From a virus (Duplodnaviria; Caudoviricetes): a stretch of DNA of 32,715 bases. The notes beneath the pieces are model-generated. The model was not told the DNA's origin and ran no database searches. It saw only the letters and a program-made list of their open reading frames with translations. Positions 10,246 to 18,677 of the stretch are shown in pieces (positions within the stretch are counted from its first letter, which is position 1; every line of letters starts with the position of its first letter). The stretch lies in the IMG/VR virus record IMGVR_UViG_3300033412_000047, positions 1 through 32,715 of that record; one strand, given 5' to 3'. The translations under genes were made by a program, and so were the position numbers.

Positions 10246-10578
10246 ATGAAATGGATATTGAAAAGTTTTAATCAGCCGATTCCGGGCAATTATTTCTATG
10301 TCCAGAGGCACGGTATCTATCATACGTTCCCCGCTGTCCCGTTCATCGAGGAGGTGGCGAAAAGTGTTTCCAGTTTTCGCATCGCCAACAAATTACCGCG
10401 TGCCAATCTCGCAGAGTGCCTCGAAGATGTTGACCAGTTCAATTGTGAAGTCAGGAACAATGACCCGAAGTATTGCCGTCAATGCGCCGAAGAACAAACT
10501 TTTGAATCCATCCACGCCAATCATCCGTTCGTCAAAAAATCGTGCGCCAGTTGCGGCACTCCCACAAAGGTAACTTGA
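10246..10578 (+). CDS. Hypothetical Cys-containing phage protein
   Basis: 110 aa with CRQC and CASCG motifs; tightly packed in the operon. Confidence 0.65.
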   Translation: MKWILKSFNQPIPGNYFYVQRHGIYHTFPAVPFIEEVAKSVSSFRIANKLPRANLAECLEDVDQFNCEVRNNDPKYCRQCAEEQTFESIHANHPFVKKSCASCGTPTKVT

Positions 10579-10581
10579 TTT

Positions 10582-10860
10582 ATGAAATTCAGAAAAAAAC
10601 CAGTAATAATCGAAGCCATCACGTTCGACGAACTTGTGGAGCATGGCCGGAACAACGGCGCTAACATTGTCAACGGAATGCCGTGGTCGTTCGACTACGC
10701 AGGACATCCAATCACACATGAGAACGACGACTGCTACCTGATTCCAACGTTAGAAGGAACGATGAAAATGAATCGCGGCGATATGCTAATCACTGGCGTA
10801 AAAGGAGAAATCTATCCGTGCAAAAAAGACATTTTTGACATAACTTACGAAGCCTCTTAA
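10582..10860 (+). CDS. Conserved small phage protein of the KKPV/TLEG/YPCK family (PGDYG-like, function unknown)
   Basis: MKFRKKPVIIEA...IPTLEGTM...GDMLITGVKGEIYPCKKDIFDITYE matches a widespread phage family recognised by motif. Confidence 0.8.
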   Translation: MKFRKKPVIIEAITFDELVEHGRNNGANIVNGMPWSFDYAGHPITHENDDCYLIPTLEGTMKMNRGDMLITGVKGEIYPCKKDIFDITYEAS

Positions 10861-10863
10861 TTT

Positions 10864-13122
10864 ATGCCCAATTGGTCTACATCAGAGCTTGTTTCACAGA
10901 CTATACGCGCTGGCGATCAAGTCGAATTTGCTCGTGGCCGTAATCGCACTCTCATCAACAAGGCGGCGAATAATGACCCGCTGATGGACGAGGAAGAAGC
11001 TAAGCGGGTGGGGATGAAGATTTACAATCGGTGGGGTGAGTTTATGATAACCCTCGCCAACGCCTCGCGTCAGGGTTTAACCAATTTCACTTCGCAAGAT
11101 ACTTATTTCACCGTTTCAGTCCCGAAAGCACCGGAAGAAATCCGCGCTGATATGTCCGGTTTCATCACCGAGACAATCAATGAACTGATGAAGGACGGTT
11201 CACGCCAGATGGAATACTTCATGGTTCATTTCTCAAAATGGAAAGCATGGGCTTCACATGGTATCGCTCCGATGATGTGGGAAGATAAATACAACTGGAT
11301 TCCCCGCACGGTAGCAATTGAAGATTTAAGGATTCCCACCGATACCGAAGTCAGTTTCAGAAATCTTGTCTGGTTCGGTGTGCGAATCTCCTATACTCCC
11401 GGCGAACTTTCGCGCAAGGCATTCTCAAAAGTTAAGAGTAAGTGGAAGTGGAACAAAAAGTCTGTCGCTTCAATCCTGAAAAATATCGAGGAATGTAATA
11501 CCACGATGGCGGAAAATAATTATTCTTGGGACACACAGCCTGAAAAATTTGAGGAGCTTCGGAAGCAGAACGCCGGATATTGGTCTGGGGATGCGATGCC
11601 AACGATTTCACTCTGGCACTTCTACCATCAGGACGATGATAAAAAATGGAGATTAAAAATTGTTCCTGATACCAACGCTTCTGGAAATATCGTTGAAGAT
11701 GGGGATGATTTTATCTGTCAAAGTCAGGGAGCTATTGCTGATAGCTGGCGTCAAATCCTTCACGTTCAATTTGGAGATTTGAACAACAAAACTCCGCTCC
11801 TTTATCATTCAGTCCGGTCTTTGGGATTTTCTTTGTTTGAACCTTGTTATTGGACGGATTTCACCCGTTGCCGACTTTTGCAACATACCCTCGACCAGTT
11901 CAATATTTTACTTCGTGTGACCGATCCGATTGACAAGGCTCGCGCGCAGATTCAGGTTTTTCAAAATTTGGGAGTGGTAAAGCCCGGAGTCAGCTTCATT
12001 CCCGCCGCCGAACGATGGGAAGTTGATGCCGCGCTTCCTGAAAGCACTTTATCACAATTGAAACAATTACAGGCTGAAGCCTCGACCTCCTACACGAGCA
12101 ACATTGATAACGGAACGGCGAGAGAACAAACCGCCTTCGAGGTCGGGGTAAAAGTTCAACAGAATAATTCCATGCTTTCAGGCATGATGTTATTGGCAAA
12201 AGCGTTTGAAAAAACCGCTTCCCAAGAGATTTGTCGCCGTTTCTGCCTCAAAGGAACGGATGATGAAGATGCGATTGCTTTCCAAAAAATGTTCAAGGAT
12301 GCCGGTTATCCTATCGAATGGTTGGATGTCAAAAAGTGGCGCATTGAAATCAATATGCCGCTTGGTAACGGTAATCCGACTATGGCGATGGTTGAATCTC
12401 AAAATATGCTTCAACTCCGCGCATTGGCCGACCCAGAATCGCAACAGGAAATGGCGCACGATGCCGCCGTTCAAATGATTGGAACATCAAGAGCAAAACG
12501 ATTTTTCAATACCAAGAAAAATATCATATCTGATTCTGCGAACGCGGCTGCCAATGCGTTCCCGTTGATGATGCTCGGACTACCCCCACAGATTCCCGAA
12601 GGATTAAATCCCATCCAACAGATTAAAACTTTGCTTGGCCTCTGTGGTGGATATATCGCCAAGATTGAGCAGACGACCAAAGTTCCATCCATGATGGAGT
12701 TGGGCGGATTGCAAAATGTCGCCGCCTACCTGATGAAGTTGGTTTCAGGGATGAAAAACGATACTGCCAATGCGGAACTTTACAAAGAGTTCTCCCAAGA
12801 GTTGAGCCAGTTGAACAACGAGATTAAAAAATTGGCCGCTCAACTCAATTCGTCCATGCAGAAAAATGGGAACGGGATGGCTGATGAGACTCAAGCTAAA
12901 GTCGCTGCAATCAAAGCGACGACAGCGGCAAAGATTGAAAGCCAGATGGAAACGACCAAAGCCAAGCTGAAACAAAAAGAACTTGGTGACATCCAAAAAG
13001 CCCGTCACAAAGAACAAGGATTTATCGGCGAACAAGGCCGCAAAGATGTCCAGACAGTTGCCGAAGTTGGGAGAGCCGCCTTAAAGGATGAATCTCAACC
13101 ATCCGAACCGCCAGCGGAGTAG
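10864..13122 (+). CDS. Portal protein (P22-like, long C-terminal coiled coil)
   Basis: 752-aa helical protein downstream of terL; REQTAFEV motif typical of podovirus portals; Q/K/E/A-rich C-terminal barrel. Confidence 0.75.
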   Translation: MPNWSTSELVSQTIRAGDQVEFARGRNRTLINKAANNDPLMDEEEAKRVGMKIYNRWGEFMITLANASRQGLTNFTSQDTYFTVSVPKAPEEIRADMSGFITETINELMKDGSRQMEYFMVHFSKWKAWASHGIAPMMWEDKYNWIPRTVAIEDLRIPTDTEVSFRNLVWFGVRISYTPGELSRKAFSKVKSKWKWNKKSVASILKNIEECNTTMAENNYSWDTQPEKFEELRKQNAGYWSGDAMPTISLWHFYHQDDDKKWRLKIVPDTNASGNIVEDGDDFICQSQGAIADSWRQILHVQFGDLNNKTPLLYHSVRSLGFSLFEPCYWTDFTRCRLLQHTLDQFNILLRVTDPIDKARAQIQVFQNLGVVKPGVSFIPAAERWEVDAALPESTLSQLKQLQAEASTSYTSNIDNGTAREQTAFEVGVKVQQNNSMLSGMMLLAKAFEKTASQEICRRFCLKGTDDEDAIAFQKMFKDAGYPIEWLDVKKWRIEINMPLGNGNPTMAMVESQNMLQLRALADPESQQEMAHDAAVQMIGTSRAKRFFNTKKNIISDSANAAANAFPLMMLGLPPQIPEGLNPIQQIKTLLGLCGGYIAKIEQTTKVPSMMELGGLQNVAAYLMKLVSGMKNDTANAELYKEFSQELSQLNNEIKKLAAQLNSSMQKNGNGMADETQAKVAAIKATTAAKIESQMETTKAKLKQKELGDIQKARHKEQGFIGEQGRKDVQTVAEVGRAALKDESQPSEPPAE

Positions 13123-13124
13123 TC

Positions 13125-13481
13125 GTGAGTGTCATCAAACAATATCTCGACGGTCTCAAAATCCTTGAGGAATGGTTTCGAGACGACCCGACCGTGGTTT
13201 CAAATGAACTCGCCCAAAATCGCTGCAATACCTGCCTGAAATGTCCAATGAATCAAAGCGGGAATCCCGTCGTTGAGGCTGTGGCTAAAAAAATCAAATT
13301 GGAAATGGAGTTGAAATTGTGCCGAGAGCTTCACGTTGAAGGGATTGAATCTCTAAAAACCTGCCAAGCTTGTTTTTGTTGGACGCCATCGAAAATATGG
13401 TTTCCGATTCAAAACATCCTTCCAAAACAGGCTGATAGGCGTTTATTTTGGGATGGTTGCTGGATTCTTTCCGAGTCGTAG
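13125..13481 (+). CDS. Hypothetical Cys-rich (Zn-binding) protein
   Basis: RCNTCLKCPMN ... TCQACFC..KIWFP ... CW. Confidence 0.7.
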   Translation: MSVIKQYLDGLKILEEWFRDDPTVVSNELAQNRCNTCLKCPMNQSGNPVVEAVAKKIKLEMELKLCRELHVEGIESLKTCQACFCWTPSKIWFPIQNILPKQADRRLFWDGCWILSES

Positions 13482-13499
13482 GATTCTTTCAGATTTTTC

Positions 13500-13529
13500 T
13501 TGCGTTCGTTCGTTCGTTCGTTTAATACT
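13500..13529 (+). promoter_or_regulatory. Putative promoter of the recombination operon with a (CGTT)5 spacer
   Basis: TTGCGT (13500-13505), 17 nt, TAATACT; (CGTT)5 occupies 13503-13522. Confidence 0.5.
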
Positions 13530-13541
13530 TGTCCATTGCTT

Positions 13542-13694
13542 ATGAAAAATTGCAAAACACAAGGCTGTAAAACTCAAATGTCCGATGGTTGTCCTGATTA
13601 CTGCCCGAAATGCCAGATGAGCCGAAAGATGTCCAAACTTGGCAAAAAAAGCTGGAAATCAAGGATGAGAAAACTCCAACAGAAAAATTCTTAA
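13542..13694 (+). CDS. Small basic Zn-ribbon protein (possible regulator)
   Basis: MKNCKTQGC...CPDYCPKC followed by a basic helix; first ATG after the putative promoter. Confidence 0.5.
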   Translation: MKNCKTQGCKTQMSDGCPDYCPKCQMSRKMSKLGKKSWKSRMRKLQQKNS

Positions 13695-13696
13695 TC

Positions 13697-14011
13697 ATGG
13701 ACGCCATAAACCAATCCCTCGAACCGCTCGCCCGACAAGTGTTTGAGCATTTCAAAGGCGAGCATCCTGTTAAAATTTCACTCGAATTGAAAATTGAAAA
13801 TGGGTCTGTTAGAGATGAGCAATACACTCAAAATTACACCCTTATCATTGGAGAAGAAATGCAGGTTTTTTTTGGTAAAACATTCGATGGTGTTTTTGAG
13901 ACTGCCAAACTGGGCTTTAAGACCGTTGATTTGAAGCGGAAGGCTGCTGCTGACAAATTACGCGAGCAAGCTAACGCAATCGAATACGGCGATGCTCCAT
14001 TGCCTGAATAA
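13697..14011 (+). CDS. Hypothetical protein
   Basis: ORF 13610..14011; ATG 13697 lies 2 nt after the previous stop and is the likelier start. Confidence 0.6.
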   Translation: MDAINQSLEPLARQVFEHFKGEHPVKISLELKIENGSVRDEQYTQNYTLIIGEEMQVFFGKTFDGVFETAKLGFKTVDLKRKAAADKLREQANAIEYGDAPLPE

Positions 14012-14014
14012 TTT

Positions 14015-14185
14015 ATGGAAAAAAAAGAAATGTCTTTCGACAAGTGGCTGGAACTTTGTTCAGCCATCGGATTTGCTCAATGGACTTTGCGCGGGATAGC
14101 GGCACAGTCGAGCGATAGTCAGGTTAAACAGGCGGCGAGAGAAGCGGTTCACAAACTTGAAATTGCATTGAAAGAAACTAAATAA
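14015..14185 (+). CDS. Hypothetical protein (56 aa)
   Basis: MEKKEMSFDKWLELCSAIGFAQW...; fills the gap with 3-nt spacers on both sides. Confidence 0.6.
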   Translation: MEKKEMSFDKWLELCSAIGFAQWTLRGIAAQSSDSQVKQAAREAVHKLEIALKETK

Positions 14186-14188
14186 TCT

Positions 14189-14998
14189 ATGAAAAACGCA
14201 AACGAATCCGAATTGCCGACGCAGGCACTTCAAAAACGTGATACCGCTGAAATCTCCGCGACAGCTTCACAAATCCTGACCGTCATCGAGCGCGCGGCGT
14301 CCAACAAGGACATTGACGTTGATAAAATGGAACGCCTTTTGCAGATGCAGGAACGCATCTTGGCGAAGGAGGCCGAGTCTGAATTTAACGAGGCCATGCA
14401 AACTGTGCAGGCTGAAATCCCGCGCATCCTTCGGGACGCTACCAATCCGTCAACCAACTCGAAATACACACGGCTCGAAAGCCTGTTGAAAATCGTTGTC
14501 CCAATTTACACGAAGGCTGGTTTCTCGCTTTCCTTCGGCACGGCTGACTGTCCGGTTCAGGGTCATTATCGAATCACTTGCACGGTTTCACATAAAGGCC
14601 GCGCCGGTTCGCACACGCGCCCGTATCAATGCGACATCCCGGCTGACACGATGGGGATGAAAGGCTCTTTGAACAAAACTGCGACTCATGGCTTCGGATC
14701 AACCATGTCTTACGGTCGCCGATATCTGACTTTGCTCATTTTTAACATCGCCCTGATTAATGACGATACTGATTGCGCCGAGCAGAAAAAGTCAACCAGT
14801 GGCCGAGTGGCTACAGAAGCCACTAAAAAATGGATGCTCGAACAACTTTCCGATATTAAGGAAAAAGCGCACGAATTTGCTATAAACAAATCGTGGGTGA
14901 TGCCCGATGAGCCAATTGAATCGTGGCCTTTAACGCACGTTCCAACCAATAAAACTGAAATGGATTTATTGAGAAAACAAATTCTTCAATCAAAATGA
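14189..14998 (+). CDS. erf: ERF-family single-strand annealing protein
   Basis: DVDKMERLLQMQER N-terminus; SKY..LE; GFSLSF; GSTMSYGRRY ERF signature. Confidence 0.88.
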   Translation: MKNANESELPTQALQKRDTAEISATASQILTVIERAASNKDIDVDKMERLLQMQERILAKEAESEFNEAMQTVQAEIPRILRDATNPSTNSKYTRLESLLKIVVPIYTKAGFSLSFGTADCPVQGHYRITCTVSHKGRAGSHTRPYQCDIPADTMGMKGSLNKTATHGFGSTMSYGRRYLTLLIFNIALINDDTDCAEQKKSTSGRVATEATKKWMLEQLSDIKEKAHEFAINKSWVMPDEPIESWPLTHVPTNKTEMDLLRKQILQSK

Positions 14999-15693
14999 GC
15001 GATTTGAGAACAAGGCTTTTAGTTGCCAGAAACAGGGCGCGAGCAATTCCGGTCGAACCTTTATTGGGGAAAGTTTTTGGTCGGCTAAAAGCAATTAAGG
15101 CATCCGGCAAGAATCTAAACGGAAGCCGATTGGTTTTTTGCGTTTGCCAATGTGGTAAAAAGGTTAAAATACCGACCCATGCGTTAATATCTGGAAAAAC
15201 AAAATCCTGCGGCTGTTTTAGAGATGATTCAACTGCCGCCAGATGTTTTAAGCATGGGTTTAGCTCGCTTCGTGGTGGAAAAGCCCCCGAATATCTCATT
15301 TGGATAGCCATGAAAAAACGCTGCCTAAATCCAAGAGACAAAGACTTTAAGCATTACGGGGGAAGGGGGATAAAAGTTTGTAAGCGTTGGATTGTTTCAT
15401 TTTCAAATTTCATTAACGATTTGGGTCGGCGTCCATCAAAACGCCATTGGCTAGAACGGAAGAACAATTCGCTTGGCTATTCCCCAAAAAATTGCAAATG
15501 GGCTACGATTGAAGAACAGGCTCTAAACACGCGCCGAAACAGGAGAATAATTTTCAATGGTAGAAATCAAGCTCTATCGCAATGGTCTTTTGAATTAAAG
15601 ATTCACCGCACAACAATAGCCACAAGATTGAATCGCGGACTTTCTGTTGAAAAAGCGTTAAGCCCTGTGATTTATCCAATTAAAAAAAGTTAA
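14995..15693 (+). CDS. HNH homing endonuclease
   Basis: GKVFGRL..CVCQCG..SCGC; W.AMK.RC.NP..YGGRGIKVC.RW..LERKNNSLGYSPKNCKWAT.EEQ..N; sits between erf and the exonuclease gene. Confidence 0.9.
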   Translation: MSDLRTRLLVARNRARAIPVEPLLGKVFGRLKAIKASGKNLNGSRLVFCVCQCGKKVKIPTHALISGKTKSCGCFRDDSTAARCFKHGFSSLRGGKAPEYLIWIAMKKRCLNPRDKDFKHYGGRGIKVCKRWIVSFSNFINDLGRRPSKRHWLERKNNSLGYSPKNCKWATIEEQALNTRRNRRIIFNGRNQALSQWSFELKIHRTTIATRLNRGLSVEKALSPVIYPIKKS

Positions 15694-15698
15694 TTATT

Positions 15699-16682
15699 AT
15701 GTTCCGAAATGCAAAAATCGTCGGCGTCGGCGTAAATCCAGAAAACTATCATGAGCAAAAACATGAGCGTTGTTCGCCGGAGTTTGTCATGTCTTCATCG
15801 AGCGCGCGGCTTTTTCTGGAATGTCCCGAAAGATACAAAAACGGATACACCCCGCCAGATTCAGATGCGATGATTTGGGGTAACTTGCTCGACACGCTGG
15901 TTTTGTTACCGGAGCAGTTTGAGTCGCGTTACGCGGTCAAGCCGTTGACTTACAAAAGTGAAAAAGATGGAGTCAAGCCGTGGAATGGGAATAGCAATGT
16001 TTGCAAACAATGGCTCGAAGACCATAAAGATTTGGTCTGTATCAGTAACGAAGATTATCAAAACGCTTTGACTGCCACTAAACGCCTCATGTCTGACGAA
16101 ACAATCGCTGAATTCATAAATTGCAGCGACAAGCAAGTTCATGTCGTCGGAGAATGGTTTGACAAAAAAACTGGCCTTATAATTCCGGTTCAATGTCTTC
16201 TCGACCTCGTTCCGAAAAACGATTCGCCATTTCGCAAAACGGTCGGCGACTTAAAAACGACCCGCAACGCTGGCGTTCGGCAATTCGGGAGATGGTGCTT
16301 TACTGCCGGGTATCATGTTCAGGCAGCATGGGGGATGGATTTATACATGGCCGCAGTCAATCCAAAGATGGTCGAGGATGGAGAGGAACGGTTGAATTGG
16401 AATTTCATTCTGTCAGAAAATTACCCTCCTTATCAAACCGGACGCCGGACGTTATCCGAAGATTTTATTCAAATCGGTCGGCAGACGTATCAACACGCGC
16501 TGAAAATGTATGCGCTGGCGATGAAAAGTGGGAATTGGCGCGGTTACGACATTCAAGATGAATTCACAATCATCGCGCCAGAGCCGTGGCAAGAGTTTTC
16601 GGCTTTAGAGGATGCGATGGAAAATTCTTACATCGAGCGAGTCGAATCCGGTGAAGAAAATCACGACGTTCCAATGCCCTAA
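15699..16682 (+). CDS. PD-(D/E)XK exonuclease (RecE/ExoVIII, DUF3799-like)
   Basis: YH..MSSS..; CLLD...GDLKTT; GYHVQAA motifs; usual partner of ERF. Confidence 0.82.
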   Translation: MFRNAKIVGVGVNPENYHEQKHERCSPEFVMSSSSARLFLECPERYKNGYTPPDSDAMIWGNLLDTLVLLPEQFESRYAVKPLTYKSEKDGVKPWNGNSNVCKQWLEDHKDLVCISNEDYQNALTATKRLMSDETIAEFINCSDKQVHVVGEWFDKKTGLIIPVQCLLDLVPKNDSPFRKTVGDLKTTRNAGVRQFGRWCFTAGYHVQAAWGMDLYMAAVNPKMVEDGEERLNWNFILSENYPPYQTGRRTLSEDFIQIGRQTYQHALKMYALAMKSGNWRGYDIQDEFTIIAPEPWQEFSALEDAMENSYIERVESGEENHDVPMP

Positions 16683-16694
16683 ACCAAACTTGTT

Positions 16695-17588
16695 ATGAGC
16701 GCACTTAAATCAAAATGTTGTGGAGCGGATGTTTATTCAACCGGAGTAGAGGGTTCGTCTACTCTAGGAGATACTTATTGCCGCGTCTGTAAAAAGTCAT
16801 GCGATACTATTAGCTCAAGTGTAGGAATGTCGCCACCCACACCCTTGTTGGAGAGTGGGGAGCTAGAATTACGACAGTTATTATGGCTTCGACATGGCTG
16901 TCCAATTACCGCGCTTTATGGCGACGATGGTGAGATGCAATGCAATAGGTGTCGCATTGATTTCAAACGCGATTCAGCAGCAGATATACTTGCACGTTTT
17001 GAACGAATCAATTTAGACACATTGAAGAACACCCGCCCCACTCCGCCTATTGAGAGTCCGGCGAAATGTCCTCGTTGTGGAACAGAAGGTAAGCATATTT
17101 GTTTGCCGGACGGCAGTATGCCAATGAAACCTATGCCATTATCGGAATGTCAAGAACCCTCCCCCGTAGAGCTTGAAGGGGTGGCGGAGAAGTATGCAAA
17201 GAAGATTTCGCAGCAATGTTATATCGCATCGCGTCAGTGCTTATCGCCAGATACTCCGAGTCCTGCAACTATTTTACCTTTGTTAGTTGAAGCCCTCACC
17301 TCTGTCACCACTCCACTAAAAGAGGAGATTGAGAGGCAAGAATATAGATTAAAGTTCTTCGGTTGGAATCCAAAGAAACAAACTGGCGATGAATTTCTAT
17401 CTGACTTGAATGGTCATATCGAAACCCTCCGCGCTAATTGTGCGGATTTGAAAATTGAGAACGATGAACTTTTTAAGTTTATCAACAGTGAAATGAAAAT
17501 GACTGGAAGTGACCCACGAATTGATAAATTGGAACAGTCAATCAAGTCCGCAATCGCATCCACAACGAAGAAAGAGAAGGGAGCATGA
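16695..17588 (+). CDS. Mosaic hypothetical protein with several Zn-ribbon modules
   Basis: SKCCGA..CRVCKKSC, HGCP..YGDDGEMQCNRC and CPRCG modules joined by Pro-rich linkers. Confidence 0.65.
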   Translation: MSALKSKCCGADVYSTGVEGSSTLGDTYCRVCKKSCDTISSSVGMSPPTPLLESGELELRQLLWLRHGCPITALYGDDGEMQCNRCRIDFKRDSAADILARFERINLDTLKNTRPTPPIESPAKCPRCGTEGKHICLPDGSMPMKPMPLSECQEPSPVELEGVAEKYAKKISQQCYIASRQCLSPDTPSPATILPLLVEALTSVTTPLKEEIERQEYRLKFFGWNPKKQTGDEFLSDLNGHIETLRANCADLKIENDELFKFINSEMKMTGSDPRIDKLEQSIKSAIASTTKKEKGA

Positions 17589-17761
17589 CAACGGTAGCTA
17601 ATAAATATTATCAAAACTATGATGTTTATATTGGTCGCGGCAGTAAATGGGGCAATCCTTTTGTAATAGGAAAAGACGGCGACCGTGATGAAGTTATAGC
17701 TAAATATCGTGAGTGGATTAAGACACAGCCGCAACTTTTATAGGCGTTGCCTGAACTTAAA
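17585..17761 (+). pseudogene. DUF4326-family protein, nonsense-interrupted and truncated
   Basis: YDVYIGRGSKWGNPFVIGKDGDRDEVIAKYREWI..QPQLL*ALPELK, TAG at 17741-17743; the family's C-terminal LxCWC..CH motif is absent. Confidence 0.8.
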
Positions 17762-17765
17762 GATT

Positions 17766-17963
17766 ATGACAGAATCCCTCAACCAACGCTGCGTAGCCCT
17801 TGCTGGCGCGATTGCCGACACCTATCAGGCCAAAGCTGACGTGATTCGCCGGGATTCACAGGAATCAGCGCGGACAGAGTTTTTGGATTGCGAGGCAAGC
17901 CGGATGCGCGCGAAGGCAGAGGATTGGAAAAGGTTTCCCATCCCCTTCCAAACAACATCATAA
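17766..17963 (+). CDS. Hypothetical protein
   Basis: MTESLNQRCVALAG...; ATG immediately after the DUF4326 remnant. Confidence 0.5.
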   Translation: MTESLNQRCVALAGAIADTYQAKADVIRRDSQESARTEFLDCEASRMRAKAEDWKRFPIPFQTTS

Positions 17964-17994
17964 TCAACATCAGACTCAAGGTGATAACATCACA

Positions 17995-18054
17995 CGTTAC
18001 ACAGCGTTACAATGTAACAAAAAGATTGACACCGAAACTAAACTCCGTAAAACT
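17995..18054 (+). promoter_or_regulatory. CGTTACA repeats (iteron/operator-like) plus promoter of the replication genes
   Basis: CGTTACA at 17995 and 18005, inverted TGTAAC at 18013; TTGACA 18026-18031, 16 nt, TAAAACT, then ATG 18057. Confidence 0.5.
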
Positions 18055-18056
18055 CA

Positions 18057-18677
18057 ATGAAAGAAATGAGCCAACTCTATTCGCGGGTGTTCCTTCAGAT
18101 ATTGGACTCCTCAATCGCAGAGGACTTCAAAGTGCGCCATGTCTTTGAGGACTTTCTAAAACTTTGCGACCACAAAACCGGCATATTGGATATGACCCGT
18201 CAGGCTCTATCCCGCCGCCTCAATATCCCAATGGAATTATTGGATGAGGCTATTTCAAAATTGGAATCTCCCGACCCAAGCAGCCGCGACCCAGAGCATG
18301 AGGGGCGCAGGTTGGAGCGATTGGATGAACACAGAGATTGGGGTTGGAAGATTTTGAATTGGGGAAAATACGAATCAGTCAGAACAAAGGCCGATGTTTA
18401 TTTGCGGGTGGCGCGACATCGTGAAAAAGAAAAGAGCGAGAACCCGACCGGAAAGTTTGTGAAGCCCACGCTCGAAGAAATAAAACTTCATTTCTCGGAA
18501 ACTGGACTTCCAATGGCAGAGGCAGAAAAGTTTTTTCATTATTACGAATCGAACGGCTGGAAGGTTGGTAAAAACCCGATGAAGTCTTGGATAAGCGCAG
18601 CGGCAAACTGGAAAAAGAATTATTCGGAAAGAAAATTTACTTCCTCAAGCCCAACAAAAAACCCAACTAAATACTAA
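18057..18677 (+). CDS. Phage replication initiator / replisome organiser
   Basis: N-terminal wHTH (ILDSSI..PDP.SR..EGRRL..GW.ILN..KY), RVARHRE, C-terminal FVKPTLEEI..FFHYYESNGWKVGKNPMKSW domain; abuts dnaB. Confidence 0.8.
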   Translation: MKEMSQLYSRVFLQILDSSIAEDFKVRHVFEDFLKLCDHKTGILDMTRQALSRRLNIPMELLDEAISKLESPDPSSRDPEHEGRRLERLDEHRDWGWKILNWGKYESVRTKADVYLRVARHREKEKSENPTGKFVKPTLEEIKLHFSETGLPMAEAEKFFHYYESNGWKVGKNPMKSWISAAANWKKNYSERKFTSSSPTKNPTKY

